From the NCBI GenBank assembly GCA_963773285.1, contig CAVZAM010000030.1:25662-89661 (forward strand): a stretch of 64,000 bases of DNA, written 5' to 3'. The position numbers and the translations under genes were made by a program. The DNA comes from an uncultured delta proteobacterium (GTDB lineage: Bacteria; Desulfobacterota; Desulfobaccia; Desulfobaccales; 0-14-0-80-60-11). The notes beneath the pieces were generated by a model. That model saw only the letters and a list, made by a program, of their open reading frames with translations, searched no databases and was not told the origin of the DNA. Numbering within the stretch: position 1 is the first letter of the stretch; each line of letters starts with the position of its first letter. This document shows positions 33,113 to 42,411 of the stretch, one piece after another.

Positions 33113-33547
33113 CTAGCCCACCGGCCAGAGCATGAGCCCCGTGTCCGGGTCGTTTTGCCGGCTGAGCGTCTGGTCCGCCAGGTACTCGGTGATGATGAAC
33201 TCGCCGGCGAAGACCGGGGTGCCCTCGGCCAGGTGCCCCCCCACGGCCCGGCCGGCCGCGTCCGCCAGGGTCACGTGGGCATGCACCATGGGTTTGCCGT
33301 CCCTTATGGAGATATTCCCCGTCAGGGCGAGGATCTCCAGGGGCTGATCAAAATCGAGGAAATAATATTTCCTTTCTTCCTGGTTGTAGAAACCCACCCG
33401 GGCCCGGCTCACCGCCCCCAGGGCCCGCACCTCCCCCAACGTGATGCCGTGCTCCTGGCAGAGCCTTTCCAGGGCGGCGAGCAGGTCATCGCCCTTGGCC
33501 AGGCGCCCCATAAAACACCTTCCCGGTTGCGTCAGTACTGTCAGCAT
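33113..33547 (-). CDS. PPC (DUF296) domain protein
   Basis: 144 aa. RLAKGDDLLAALERLCQEHGI...GAVSRARVGFYN...LEILALTGNISIRDGKPMVHAHVTLADAAGRAVGGHL is the typical PCC/DUF296 pattern. Confidence 0.75.
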   Translation of the reverse strand: MLTVLTQPGRCFMGRLAKGDDLLAALERLCQEHGITLGEVRALGAVSRARVGFYNQEERKYYFLDFDQPLEILALTGNISIRDGKPMVHAHVTLADAAGRAVGGHLAEGTPVFAGEFIITEYLADQTLSRQNDPDTGLMLWPVG

Positions 33548-34056
33548 GGCCTTTCCTTTCTGCGTGATTAAGCAATCTCATCTTATTATGACACTTGCCC
33601 TCCCGGGGGATAAGGTTTTTTACGCCATTAAAACCGGTTAGGCGGCAAAACCGGCTTCAAGCATGGGCCCGGGTGACAGAAATCATCCTTTTATTTGTAA
33701 AATTAAACACTTATCCGAGAATGAAGGCCTAGTCTTGGCATTGTCAATATATACCAATATGAGTGGTGAATTTTTACCAGGGGATAACAGGGGTGGGTGC
33801 TGCTTCCCTGCACCGGCCCAAGCATCGCGCCCCAGCCTTCGGGGAAAAAGTAACTTGCGGCGAAATCCATTGCAACTAATTGATAATACAACTTATTTTT
33901 ATACCAAGGAAAATGCTGAGTTAAAAATCAGGGTTTCCCCAGGTAAAAAAGCGGGTTTTTGCCCATTGGTATCTTTTTCAGATCAATTACCTTTAATGGT
34001 ACTTGAACACTGAGTATTAAACCGCGCTCGGGTAAGTAAAACGAGGAGATATCCTT

Positions 34057-34816
34057 ATGAAGATAAAATGGCTGTGTGCCCTGGTGTTGGGACTGATTAT
34101 CTGCCTGCCGGGCATGGCTGGGGCCACCTTTATCAGTGACCCCACCATCTTTGGCGCCGGTACGGTTACGGAAGGGTTTGAAGAAATTACTCCCACCACC
34201 CCGAATACTAGCTGTGGCGTCTTACGGGAATTTTATCCTGCTTGGCACCACTTCCCCTTACAACTTCGGCAATGGTATTACCTTGACCGCCCCCAACCCA
34301 CCTTTGGATACAGCCGGTTGGTATAACATGGGGCCCTATGTCAATAACTCCAATTATTCCACTAATGGTGATCTCCTAAATGGCTATAACCAATTAGCCG
34401 TCGCCCCCTTTGGCAAAGCTTATCTGGGTATCTGGGAATACGTAACTTCCTTCAGTCTGACCTTTACCTTTGCCCAAGACGTTATGCGGGCCGGGGCGTA
34501 CTTTACCGGGATCCCTAAGTTTGATTCCGGCAGTACCTATACCGTTCTGGCCCTGGATAAAAACGGCAAGACATTGGCATCCCAGGATATCGATACGGTT
34601 CCCGTGGACGGCTGGATAAATAATTTTGTCGGCTTTGAGGGGTTAACCGGCTTTCGGCAATTGGAATTTCTTTCCAATACTGGCAGTGGCTACGGCCAAA
34701 TAGTCATCGACAACCTTATGGTACAGCCCGTCCCCTTGCCCCCCGCTGCCCTGCTCCTGGGAAGCGGCCTCATAGGCCTGGGGCTGTTGGGCTGGCGGCG
34801 GCGCCAAACCAGCTGA
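34057..34816 (+). CDS. PEP-CTERM sorting-domain secreted protein, apparent frameshift near 34210
   Basis: Signal peptide MKIKWLCALVLGLIICLPGMAGA and C-terminal VPLPPAALLLGSGLIGLGLLGWRRRQTS. Pieces 34057-34326 and 34136-34816. Confidence 0.8.
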
Positions 34817-34840
34817 ATTTCTTAGCCTTCCTGGTTACCT

Positions 34841-34874
34841 GAGGCGGGGCCGTCACGGTTCCGCCTTTTTTTTG
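34841..34874 (+). terminator. rho-independent terminator
   Basis: AGGCGGGGCCGTCACGGTTCCGCCT (10-bp stem with two G-T pairs) followed by TTTTTTTT. Confidence 0.7.
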
Positions 34875-35726
34875 TGGCAAGATGCCCAGCCCCTCCCGAA
34901 ACTTTTACCCGGGGCCACTAGCCCAGCCGCCCCGGATAAATCCGCAAAGCCGCCTTGCTCCCTCCCCTTTTCTCCCCCATCCCTGCACCTGCAGCCGTTC
35001 TCACGGCCGCGGCTCATGTCGCCTCTAGCGGATAGGCCGCTGCCATGTACAAAATCCAAAACATTGCCAACCCTTATTGCCCGCAACCCTGAACATATTT
35101 GTCTTAAATAGCGATAATAATCAAGTAATTATCATAAGTTACATCATGGCAGGAGAATTGCACGAATATACCCCAGATTCAAGGTTAACTATTTAATTTT
35201 ATTATAAATCTCTCTAATTTGGTTCGATTCCAGAGGAGGTTGGGGGAAGCGTCGCAGCTAGCCAGGGAACCCTGAAAAGCTCCCCGGCATCTGAGGGGGC
35301 CTGGGCACACGGGTAAGGCAACCGCGGCGGGTGCATCCCAGCCGGAGCGCTGCCTCCTACCCCGGCAATATAGATACGGCAAATCAGGAAACTCTCCCGG
35401 GATTTTCAGGGTTTTTACCGATTGCTTACTCTTTCCTAACAGGTATTTTTACAGTTAGTTTCGCGGGGAGAAATATAGCCACCGGTCTGCCGCGGCGGAC
35501 CTCTGGCTCACCAGGCAGCACTTCTGGCAGACCCCGGGAGGGAGGGGCCACCGCCACACATACGGGTGCGCCTATTCCAACCGGAAAGGAGGCTTAAGCG
35601 AAGAAAGGCGAGAAGGTGGCTTTATTATGGCGAAGAATCACCATGATAATTAGGTTCGCAAGGCATCGCACCAAAGCGAATCTCAATAATGTTCAACTTA
35701 CCACTCGTGTGTGAGGAGATGGAACT

Positions 35727-36580
35727 ATGAAAAAAACGCTCATGCTCTGTAGCGCCCTGTGCCTGCTGGCAATCCCCCTTGGGGCGGCCCAGGTCCATGC
35801 AGGCACTTACGGATACAACGTCACCATCTATGATAAGGCTGGTCAAACGGATGGTAGTAGAGGGGTAGGAGTAGGTTATGAGGATCAGGAAACGGAACCG
35901 AACATGCTCCTCAACCAGAGTTGGGACTTAGAGGCCTTTGAGGTAAGCCAGACGAAACAGCTCGCGGTGATCGGCGGGTTTGATTTCAAAACCGGGCAGG
36001 CAGATGGATATACCGAGCCCATTGGGCGCTGTCTTTATTAAGACAGTCGACCCTTCCGGTATTACCCCGCCGCCTCCCTTACGGATATGGGCAACGTTGC
36101 CGGTTACAACAATGAAGTGGTCTCTCAACTCTAACTTTGGTTATAATTATGCAATCACCTTTACTTCACCAATAACAAGTACACGGTATATCAAGCTGAA
36201 ACAGCCGCCACTGTGAAACTTCATGGGCCGGACGGTCAAGCTTATGGCGATGTCTCCAACCCTTGGACCATAGCGGACTGGCTGGAACCCCTTAACGGCT
36301 ATGTCGGGCAAGACTTCACCTACGAAACTGGACTGCCATGACATCGATAACTTACTGGGTGGCTCTCACAATGTAATATCCGGTATCAGCCTGAGCTTCT
36401 TGGGGGATAGTATCCTTTTATCTCCACCTCACCTATGAGTGCGGCAATGATAACCTCATGGGCTTCGTTGCCGACCCAGGTGGCAGCAGCGTGCCCATCC
36501 CCGGCAGCCTGCTCCTCCTGGGCACCGGTCTGGCGGGCCTGAGCCTGACTGGCTTTCGCCGCCGGAAACAGGTGGGCTGA
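35727..36580 (+). pseudogene. PEP-CTERM sorting-domain secreted protein interrupted by several frame changes
   Basis: Signal peptide MKKTLMLCSALCLLAIPLGAAQVHA. The conserved-looking body is spread over three frames (WDLEAFEV...VIGGFDF; NFGYNYAITF; YTVYQAETAATVKLHGPDGQAYGDVSNPW; HLTYECGNDNLMGF). The C-terminal VPIPGSLLLLGTGLAGLSLTGFRRRKQ ends with TGA at 36578-36580. Confidence 0.7.
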
Positions 36581-36622
36581 TCCACTGGCATAAATCAGCC
36601 CACATACCTCATTACAACCACC

Positions 36623-36662
36623 CCGGAGGAGGGGGCCGCACCCCTTCCTCCGAGTTTTTTGG
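36623..36662 (+). terminator. rho-independent terminator between convergent genes
   Basis: CCGGAGGAGGGGGCCGCACCCCTTCCTCCG followed by AGTTTTTTGG. Confidence 0.65.
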
Positions 36663-36689
36663 GTTCCCACCCATCTCAGGTGCCGGGGC

Positions 36690-37503
36690 TCAGACTTTCC
36701 TGGCTCCAAGGCGCCGCCGCAAAAGCACCGCCGCCACCCCCGTGCCGAACAGCACCCAGGACGGCGCAATGGGGACAGGATTCGTAGAATCCCCTGCCAG
36801 GGTCATAGTCCCCGGGGAGGGGCTGGCAAAAAAACCCAAGGCCTCCACATCGCTTATTTTCCAGCCGCTATACCTGCCGCTCAGATACCACGCATTGCTT
36901 TGCCATTTAACTGAGTAATTCTCCAGGGCCACCACCCCATCATCGGAATCGGTGATGTAAATGCCGGTGTAGGCGCCCGGGGCACTATAACTGAAACCCC
37001 AGAGGGTGACGGCGTGGGCCAGCGAGCCGTTTCTGATGGTCATGGTCACGCCATCGCCCTTGTGCAGCAGGGTGTCGGCCATGCTCATCAAGTTTCCCGT
37101 GGAACCATAGGCAAGGTATTGATTGATGTTCAGGGAGGGAAAGAAATCTCCGCCGACTAGCGTTAGGATACGCCTAAGCCTTAGTGGGCGGTTTGGCGCC
37201 GCTGAACCACCAGTTCCATGCCCAACTCATGTCTCCTGTCTTGTTGGTCCAGTGTGCCACGAAATCTTTAAAAATCGCTGTATCGGTGCTGTAAGTCGAA
37301 GTCCCCCATTTTTCATAAGCTAGGACGTTGACAGCCGCAGCGGCCCAGCACATGAGGGAATCATCATTCCTGGTCTTGTTGGCGTCGTGCCAGGTGCCGC
37401 CGTACTGGTTATAAATGAAATACGTGTCCGACAGGGCCGGGACTGCAGTCGCCAGCACCAGCAATGAGATCATCAACAGATAACCGTAAATGCGCTTCTT
37501 CAT
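36690..37503 (-). CDS. papain-fold cysteine peptidase-like secreted protein with PEP-CTERM-type anchor, apparent frameshift near 37190
   Basis: Signal peptide MKKRIYGYLLMISLLVLATAVPALS. Putative catalytic Cys in DDSLMCWAAAAVNVLAY, His in SLAHAVTLWGF, then YITDSDDG. C-terminal VPIAPSWVLFGTGVAAVLLRRRLGARKV. Pieces 37174-37503 and 36690-37091. Confidence 0.65.
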
Positions 37504-37685
37504 TGTTCATCTCCCCCGAAAAAGAACATGGTTGTTGGCTCAGAGACCGGTAAAGGCTAGTCTGGGGGCAGACGCAGGGGACGGGCTTGAAAGGTGGGAA
37601 AGGCCTGGTTTAAACGCAGACGTGCCGGCGCGGTTGTCCTTGGTCAAACCTGGCCGGCGCCATGCTTACCTTTTTCCTGACCGCC

Positions 37686-38630
37686 TCAGAGCAGTTTTTC
37701 ATCGCGCCGTATTTTCTGCAGACACCAGAACCCGATAAGCGCCTGGGATATCAGGGCAAAAAATTGGTAAATCAACCCAAAGGCCAGGACGGTCGCGGCC
37801 CGGACGGCTGGGGCGGCCTGGGGCACAAAAGGGCTGAACAGCATGACCAGAGCCGCTTGGGTGGTGCCGAGCCCGGCGGGCGTGACCGGCACGGCGTACA
37901 CAAACAGGACCACCGTGATCATGGCCAGGCCCCGGGACAAAGGGACCTCGATGCCCCAGAGGCGCATGGCCCCCCAGTATGCCAGCACCAGGAACAGCAT
38001 GTGGGGCAGCCTCACGGCCGCGGCCTGCAGGTGCCCCTTCAAACCGGCCTGCCAGAGGGGCGCCAGGAGCCCATATTTCTGCAGGAAGCGCGGCTGCACC
38101 CTGATTATGACGAGATAAACCAGAATTGCGGCCCACAGCCCCAGGAATAACGGGGCAACATGGAATCCCGCGGCCCTGGGCAGGCCGCCGGCCAAAAAAC
38201 CTAGACTGGCAATGAGCAAAAGGACGCCGAAGTTCAGGCCCATCAGGAACAGCATGCTCCCGGCAGCCTGCGCGGCAGTGGTCCCCGAACGCTTCAGGTA
38301 CACCCCCAGGGCCCCCTGTCCCAGGCTGTAGCTCAGCATGCCCACCACATAGGTCGCCCCCCGGGCCAAAGCAATTTGGCCGAACCCCCGCCGCAGCCCC
38401 GCGATGGTTAAGGATACGGAGGTGGCATAGGCATCCAGCAGCAGGACCAGGAGTGTCTGGAGAAAGGTGTAGCCCGCCAGCCACAGCCAGGGGCCGGTTT
38501 TAAGGGCCTCCAGCAAGGCTTGCAAAGGGATTTTTACCAGGAGAAAAGCGAGGATGGCCAGGGCCACCAGCCACGGCCAGATTCTGGCCAGGACCCCCTT
38601 GAGTCTCGTCAGGGCCGGCACAAACTCCAC
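37686..38630 (-). CDS. flippase-like / lysylphosphatidylglycerol-synthase TM-region (UPF0104) family membrane protein
   Basis: 314 aa, about 8 TM helices. VPVTPAGLGTTQAALVMLF is characteristic of the LPG_synthase_TM family. Confidence 0.7.
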   Translation of the reverse strand: MEFVPALTRLKGVLARIWPWLVALAILAFLLVKIPLQALLEALKTGPWLWLAGYTFLQTLLVLLLDAYATSVSLTIAGLRRGFGQIALARGATYVVGMLSYSLGQGALGVYLKRSGTTAAQAAGSMLFLMGLNFGVLLLIASLGFLAGGLPRAAGFHVAPLFLGLWAAILVYLVIIRVQPRFLQKYGLLAPLWQAGLKGHLQAAAVRLPHMLFLVLAYWGAMRLWGIEVPLSRGLAMITVVLFVYAVPVTPAGLGTTQAALVMLFSPFVPQAAPAVRAATVLAFGLIYQFFALISQALIGFWCLQKIRRDEKLL

Positions 38631-38790
38631 GGAGGCTGCTCCTTTCGCTTAAGGGGGGCCGGGGCGCGGCGCCTTCAGCCATCGCGGCAATATAATCCGT
38701 GATATCCTCAACAACGCCACCGTGCCGGTCCTGGTGATGCGAGCCAGGCCCAAAGGCCTCATCCCCTTCGTGAGAAGGACTCTGTCTCGC

Positions 38791-39739
38791 CTATTTGGAC
38801 AACCCCGCCAGGCCGCCGCCGGTTAGCAAACTCTCCAGCCCGGCCCGGTTCTCCACGTTGGCGAAGCGCTCCGCCGGTTCGTCGGGGAGGATTTTGCGCA
38901 CCAGGCCCTTCAGGACATTCTTGGGCCCCACCTCCACCCAGCTATCCACCCCGGCGTTTTTCAGGTTGATGATGAGGTCGGCCCAGCGCACCGGCGAGGT
39001 GAGCTGCCTGGACATGGCCTGGCGCAGGCGTTCCGGGTCATCTTCCGGCGCCGCGGTGGCGTTGAGATAGACCGGCAGGCTGGGGGCCTTGAAGGTCAGG
39101 CCGGCGAGGCATTGGGTGAAATCGGCGGTGGCAGCAGCCATCAACGGGGAATGCCAGGCCCCCGACACCTTGAGGGGCACCACCCGGGCCCCGGCAGCCT
39201 TGGCGGCCTCCCCGGCCCGGGCCACCATTTCCTTGGTGCCGGAAATCACCGTCTGCTCCCGGGTGTTGAAGTTGGCCAGGGCCAGGGGACCTTCGGCCAG
39301 GAGCGCTTGCAGGGTTTCTGCCAGCTTGTCCGGGGCCAGGCCGATGACCGCGGCCATGGTCCCGGGGTGGCGCTCCGCCTCCCGCTGCATGAGTCGGCCG
39401 CGCTCCCGCACCGCTTTGATGGTGTCGCCGGCGCTCAGGACCCCGGCGGCAAAAAGCGCGCTCGTATTCCCCCAGACTGTGGCCGCAAACCGCCGCCGGC
39501 TTGACTCCGGCCTGTTTCAGGGCCTCATACAGGCAGATGTTGACCACCGTCACCGCGGGCTGGAGGTTCACGGTTTCGGTGAGTTCCTCCATGGGCCCCT
39601 CAAAACACAGGCGCTTGATGGGCAGGCCGGTCACCTCCTCGGCCAGGTCGAAAAGCTTGCGGGCGGCAGGGTCGGCAGCATACAGGTCCGCGCCCATGCC
39701 CACGTACTGGGACCCCTGCCCGGGAAAAAGCAATGCCAT
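38791..39739 (-). CDS. fabD: malonyl-CoA:ACP transacylase, apparent frameshift near 39463
   Basis: MALLFPGQGSQYVGMG, the active site GHSLGEY interrupted directly after it, and FNTREQTVISG, VSGAWHSPLM, VRWADLI. Start ATG 39739. The upstream part of ORF 39038-39964 is repeat-derived. Confidence 0.9.
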
Positions 39740-39773
39740 GGTTGCCACGTCTTCAAACCTCACTAGTCTTGTT

Positions 39774-39962
39774 TGGGGGGAGGGCCAGGGAGCGGCGGTT
39801 CCCTGCCCTCCCCCCAAGCCCCCCTCCCAACCCTTTAGTGTTTGGCGACAGGACCAGGGCCATACCCCTGGCCGTCGCCAACTTTTTAACCTACTCAAGG
39901 GATTGGGGGAGGGGGCTGTGGGGGAGGGGGTAAGGGGCCTCCGACCCTTAGCCCCCTCCCCC
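39774..39962. repeat. composite G/C-tract palindromic intergenic element, best-preserved full-length copy
   Basis: GGGGGGAGGGCCAGGGAGCGGCGGTTCCCTGCCCTCCCCCCAAGCCCCCCTCCCAACCCTTTAG, then spacer hairpin TTGGCGAC..GTCGCCAA, then CTCAAGGGATTGGGGGAGGGGGCTGTGGGGGAGGGGGTAAGGGGCCTCCGACCCTTAGCCCCCTCCCCC. Confidence 0.85.
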
Positions 39963-39980
39963 AAGTACTCGTTGCTGCCG

Positions 39981-40691
39981 TCACAACCCCAGGTAGGTGC
40001 GGCGAATGTCGTCGTTTTTCAGGAGCTGGCGGGAATCCCCTTCCAGGCTGACCCGCCCCTGGCTGAGGACATAGGCGTAGTCGCTCACGCCCAGGGCCAT
40101 GGCGACGTTTTGCTCCACCAGGAGCATGGTGAGGCCTAGCTTTTTCAGGCGCACCAGGGACTCGAACAGGGTCAGGGCCAGCAGCGGCGACAGGCCCAGG
40201 GAAAGCTCGTCGATGATGAGGACTTCGGGCTGGGCCATGAGCCCCCGGGCCACGGCCACCATCTGCTGCTCGCCGCCGCTCATTGAACCCGCCTTCTGCT
40301 GGGGCCGCTCCGCCAGCCGGGGGAACAGGGAAAAGACCCGGTCCAGGTTTCTCCGGAAATTGCGCCGGGAGCGGGGCGGGAAGGCCCCCATCTCCAGGTT
40401 TTCGAGGACGGTCATGTCCGAAAACAGCTGGCGGCCCTCCGGCACCAGGACCAGGCCCGCCTTGGCCCGGGCGTGGGCCGACTGCCGGGTCATGTCCTCC
40501 CCCTTGAAGGTGATGGTCCCCTGCCAGGGACGCAACAGGCCCATGACCGTGCGCAGCAGCGTGCTCTTGCCGACGCCGTTGGACCCCACCAGGGTGGTGA
40601 GCTTCCCCTTCTCCAGCTTGAGGGAGGTCCCCCAGAGGATCTGCACTTCCCCGTACCCCGAATTCACCTCGTTGATTTCGAGCATGGCCAT
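39981..40691 (-). CDS. livF: branched-chain amino acid ABC transporter ATP-binding protein
   Basis: Walker A GSNGVGKST, signature SGGEQQM and Walker B LIIDE. It is the last gene of the livJHMGF order. Confidence 0.85.
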   Translation of the reverse strand: MAMLEINEVNSGYGEVQILWGTSLKLEKGKLTTLVGSNGVGKSTLLRTVMGLLRPWQGTITFKGEDMTRQSAHARAKAGLVLVPEGRQLFSDMTVLENLEMGAFPPRSRRNFRRNLDRVFSLFPRLAERPQQKAGSMSGGEQQMVAVARGLMAQPEVLIIDELSLGLSPLLALTLFESLVRLKKLGLTMLLVEQNVAMALGVSDYAYVLSQGRVSLEGDSRQLLKNDDIRRTYLGL

Positions 40692-40702
40692 GACCGGTTT
40701 TT

Positions 40703-41442
<740 letters not shown>

Positions 41443-41446
<4 letters not shown>

Positions 41447-42411
41447 TCCAGCACCCCCCTGAGCCTCGGGAAGCGGCGGCGCAGCCAGCCCACCGCTCCC
41501 GCCGGCACGAACAGGATGATGAGGAGCAGGGCCACCCCGGAGATCGCCAGGTGCAGGTTCTTAAACAAGGGGCTGACCAGGAGGTAGCCCCGGAGGCGCT
41601 CGTAACCGATACTTCCCAGGATGGGCCCCAGCACCGTGCCAAAGCCCCCCAGCATGATCATCACCAGCATCTCGATGGACAGCTGGAGCCGGAAGGCGTC
41701 GCCGGGCTCGACATTGCCGTTCTTGAAAAAATAAATGGTGCCGATAATCCCCGGGAAAAAGGCCGAGATGGCATAGGCCCAGGTCTTGGTAATGGGCGTC
41801 TTGACCCCCATGACCATGGCGGCGTCCTCGTCCTCCCGGATGGCCATGAGCCCCAGCCCGAAGCGGGACTGTTTCACCAGGTAACTGGTCACCACCACGA
41901 TAATGGCGATCAGCCACACCAGCGCGAAGGACAGCCACAGGGCCTTCATGGAGCCGCCGTAGAGGCCGTACACCGAATAGTCCAGGGACATGCCCGTCGC
42001 CCCGCCGAAGGGCGAAAAATTACTGACAAAGGCCCGGGCGGCCTCGTTCACCCCGATGGTGGCCAGGGCGAAATATGCCCCCCGGAGGCGCAGCACCGCC
42101 AACCCCAAAAGCGACGCGATGAGGGCGCAGAACAGCCCCCCGAACAGGGCCGCCGGATACAGCGACCACCCCTGGGCGCTCATGAGGTAGAAGCCCAGGT
42201 AGCCCCCCAGGCCGAAAAAGACGATGTGCCCGAAGCTGACGTAGCCGGTGTAGCCCAAAAGGACGTTGAGGCTGGAGGCCAGCCCGACGTACATCAGGAG
42301 GGTGAAGGAGGTCTCCCGCAGGGTGGGGTCCTGGAGGAAGAAGACCACCAGCCCCCAGAGCACCAGGGCCCCCACATAAATCCACAGGCCGGGTTGCTTG
42401 AGGGCCCGCAT
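41443..42411 (-). CDS. livM: branched-chain amino acid ABC transporter permease
   Basis: 322 aa polytopic protein. LLGYTGYVSFGHIVFFGLGGY is typical of LivM. Confidence 0.8.

Noticed and set aside
33548-34056. A c-di-GMP (GEMM-type) riboswitch in the long leaders of the PEP-CTERM genes (also 35400-35726).
   Set aside because: I could not find the GGCAAACC...GACGCAAAGCC...CCGG core or a convincing two-hairpin layout on either strand.
35245-35400. Cobalamin-riboswitch-like strings (AGGGAACCCTGAAAAGCTCC, GGGTAAGG, AATCAGGAAAC) in the PEP-CTERM leader.
   Set aside because: This is only loose resemblance. The conserved B12-box core (GCCACTG-type) and the expected pairing partners are not present. 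The downstream gene has no link to cobalamin. Only a covariance-model search could revive this.
39740-39964. N-terminal extensions predicted by the ORF track for fabD (start 39964) and for the second DUF4412 gene (48066-48143).
   Set aside because: The extra codons are translations of the G/C-tract repeat elements (GEGAKGRRPLTPSP..., RVGWGVWGEGRDLRS...). Family-typical N-termini begin at ATG 39739 and ATG 48144.
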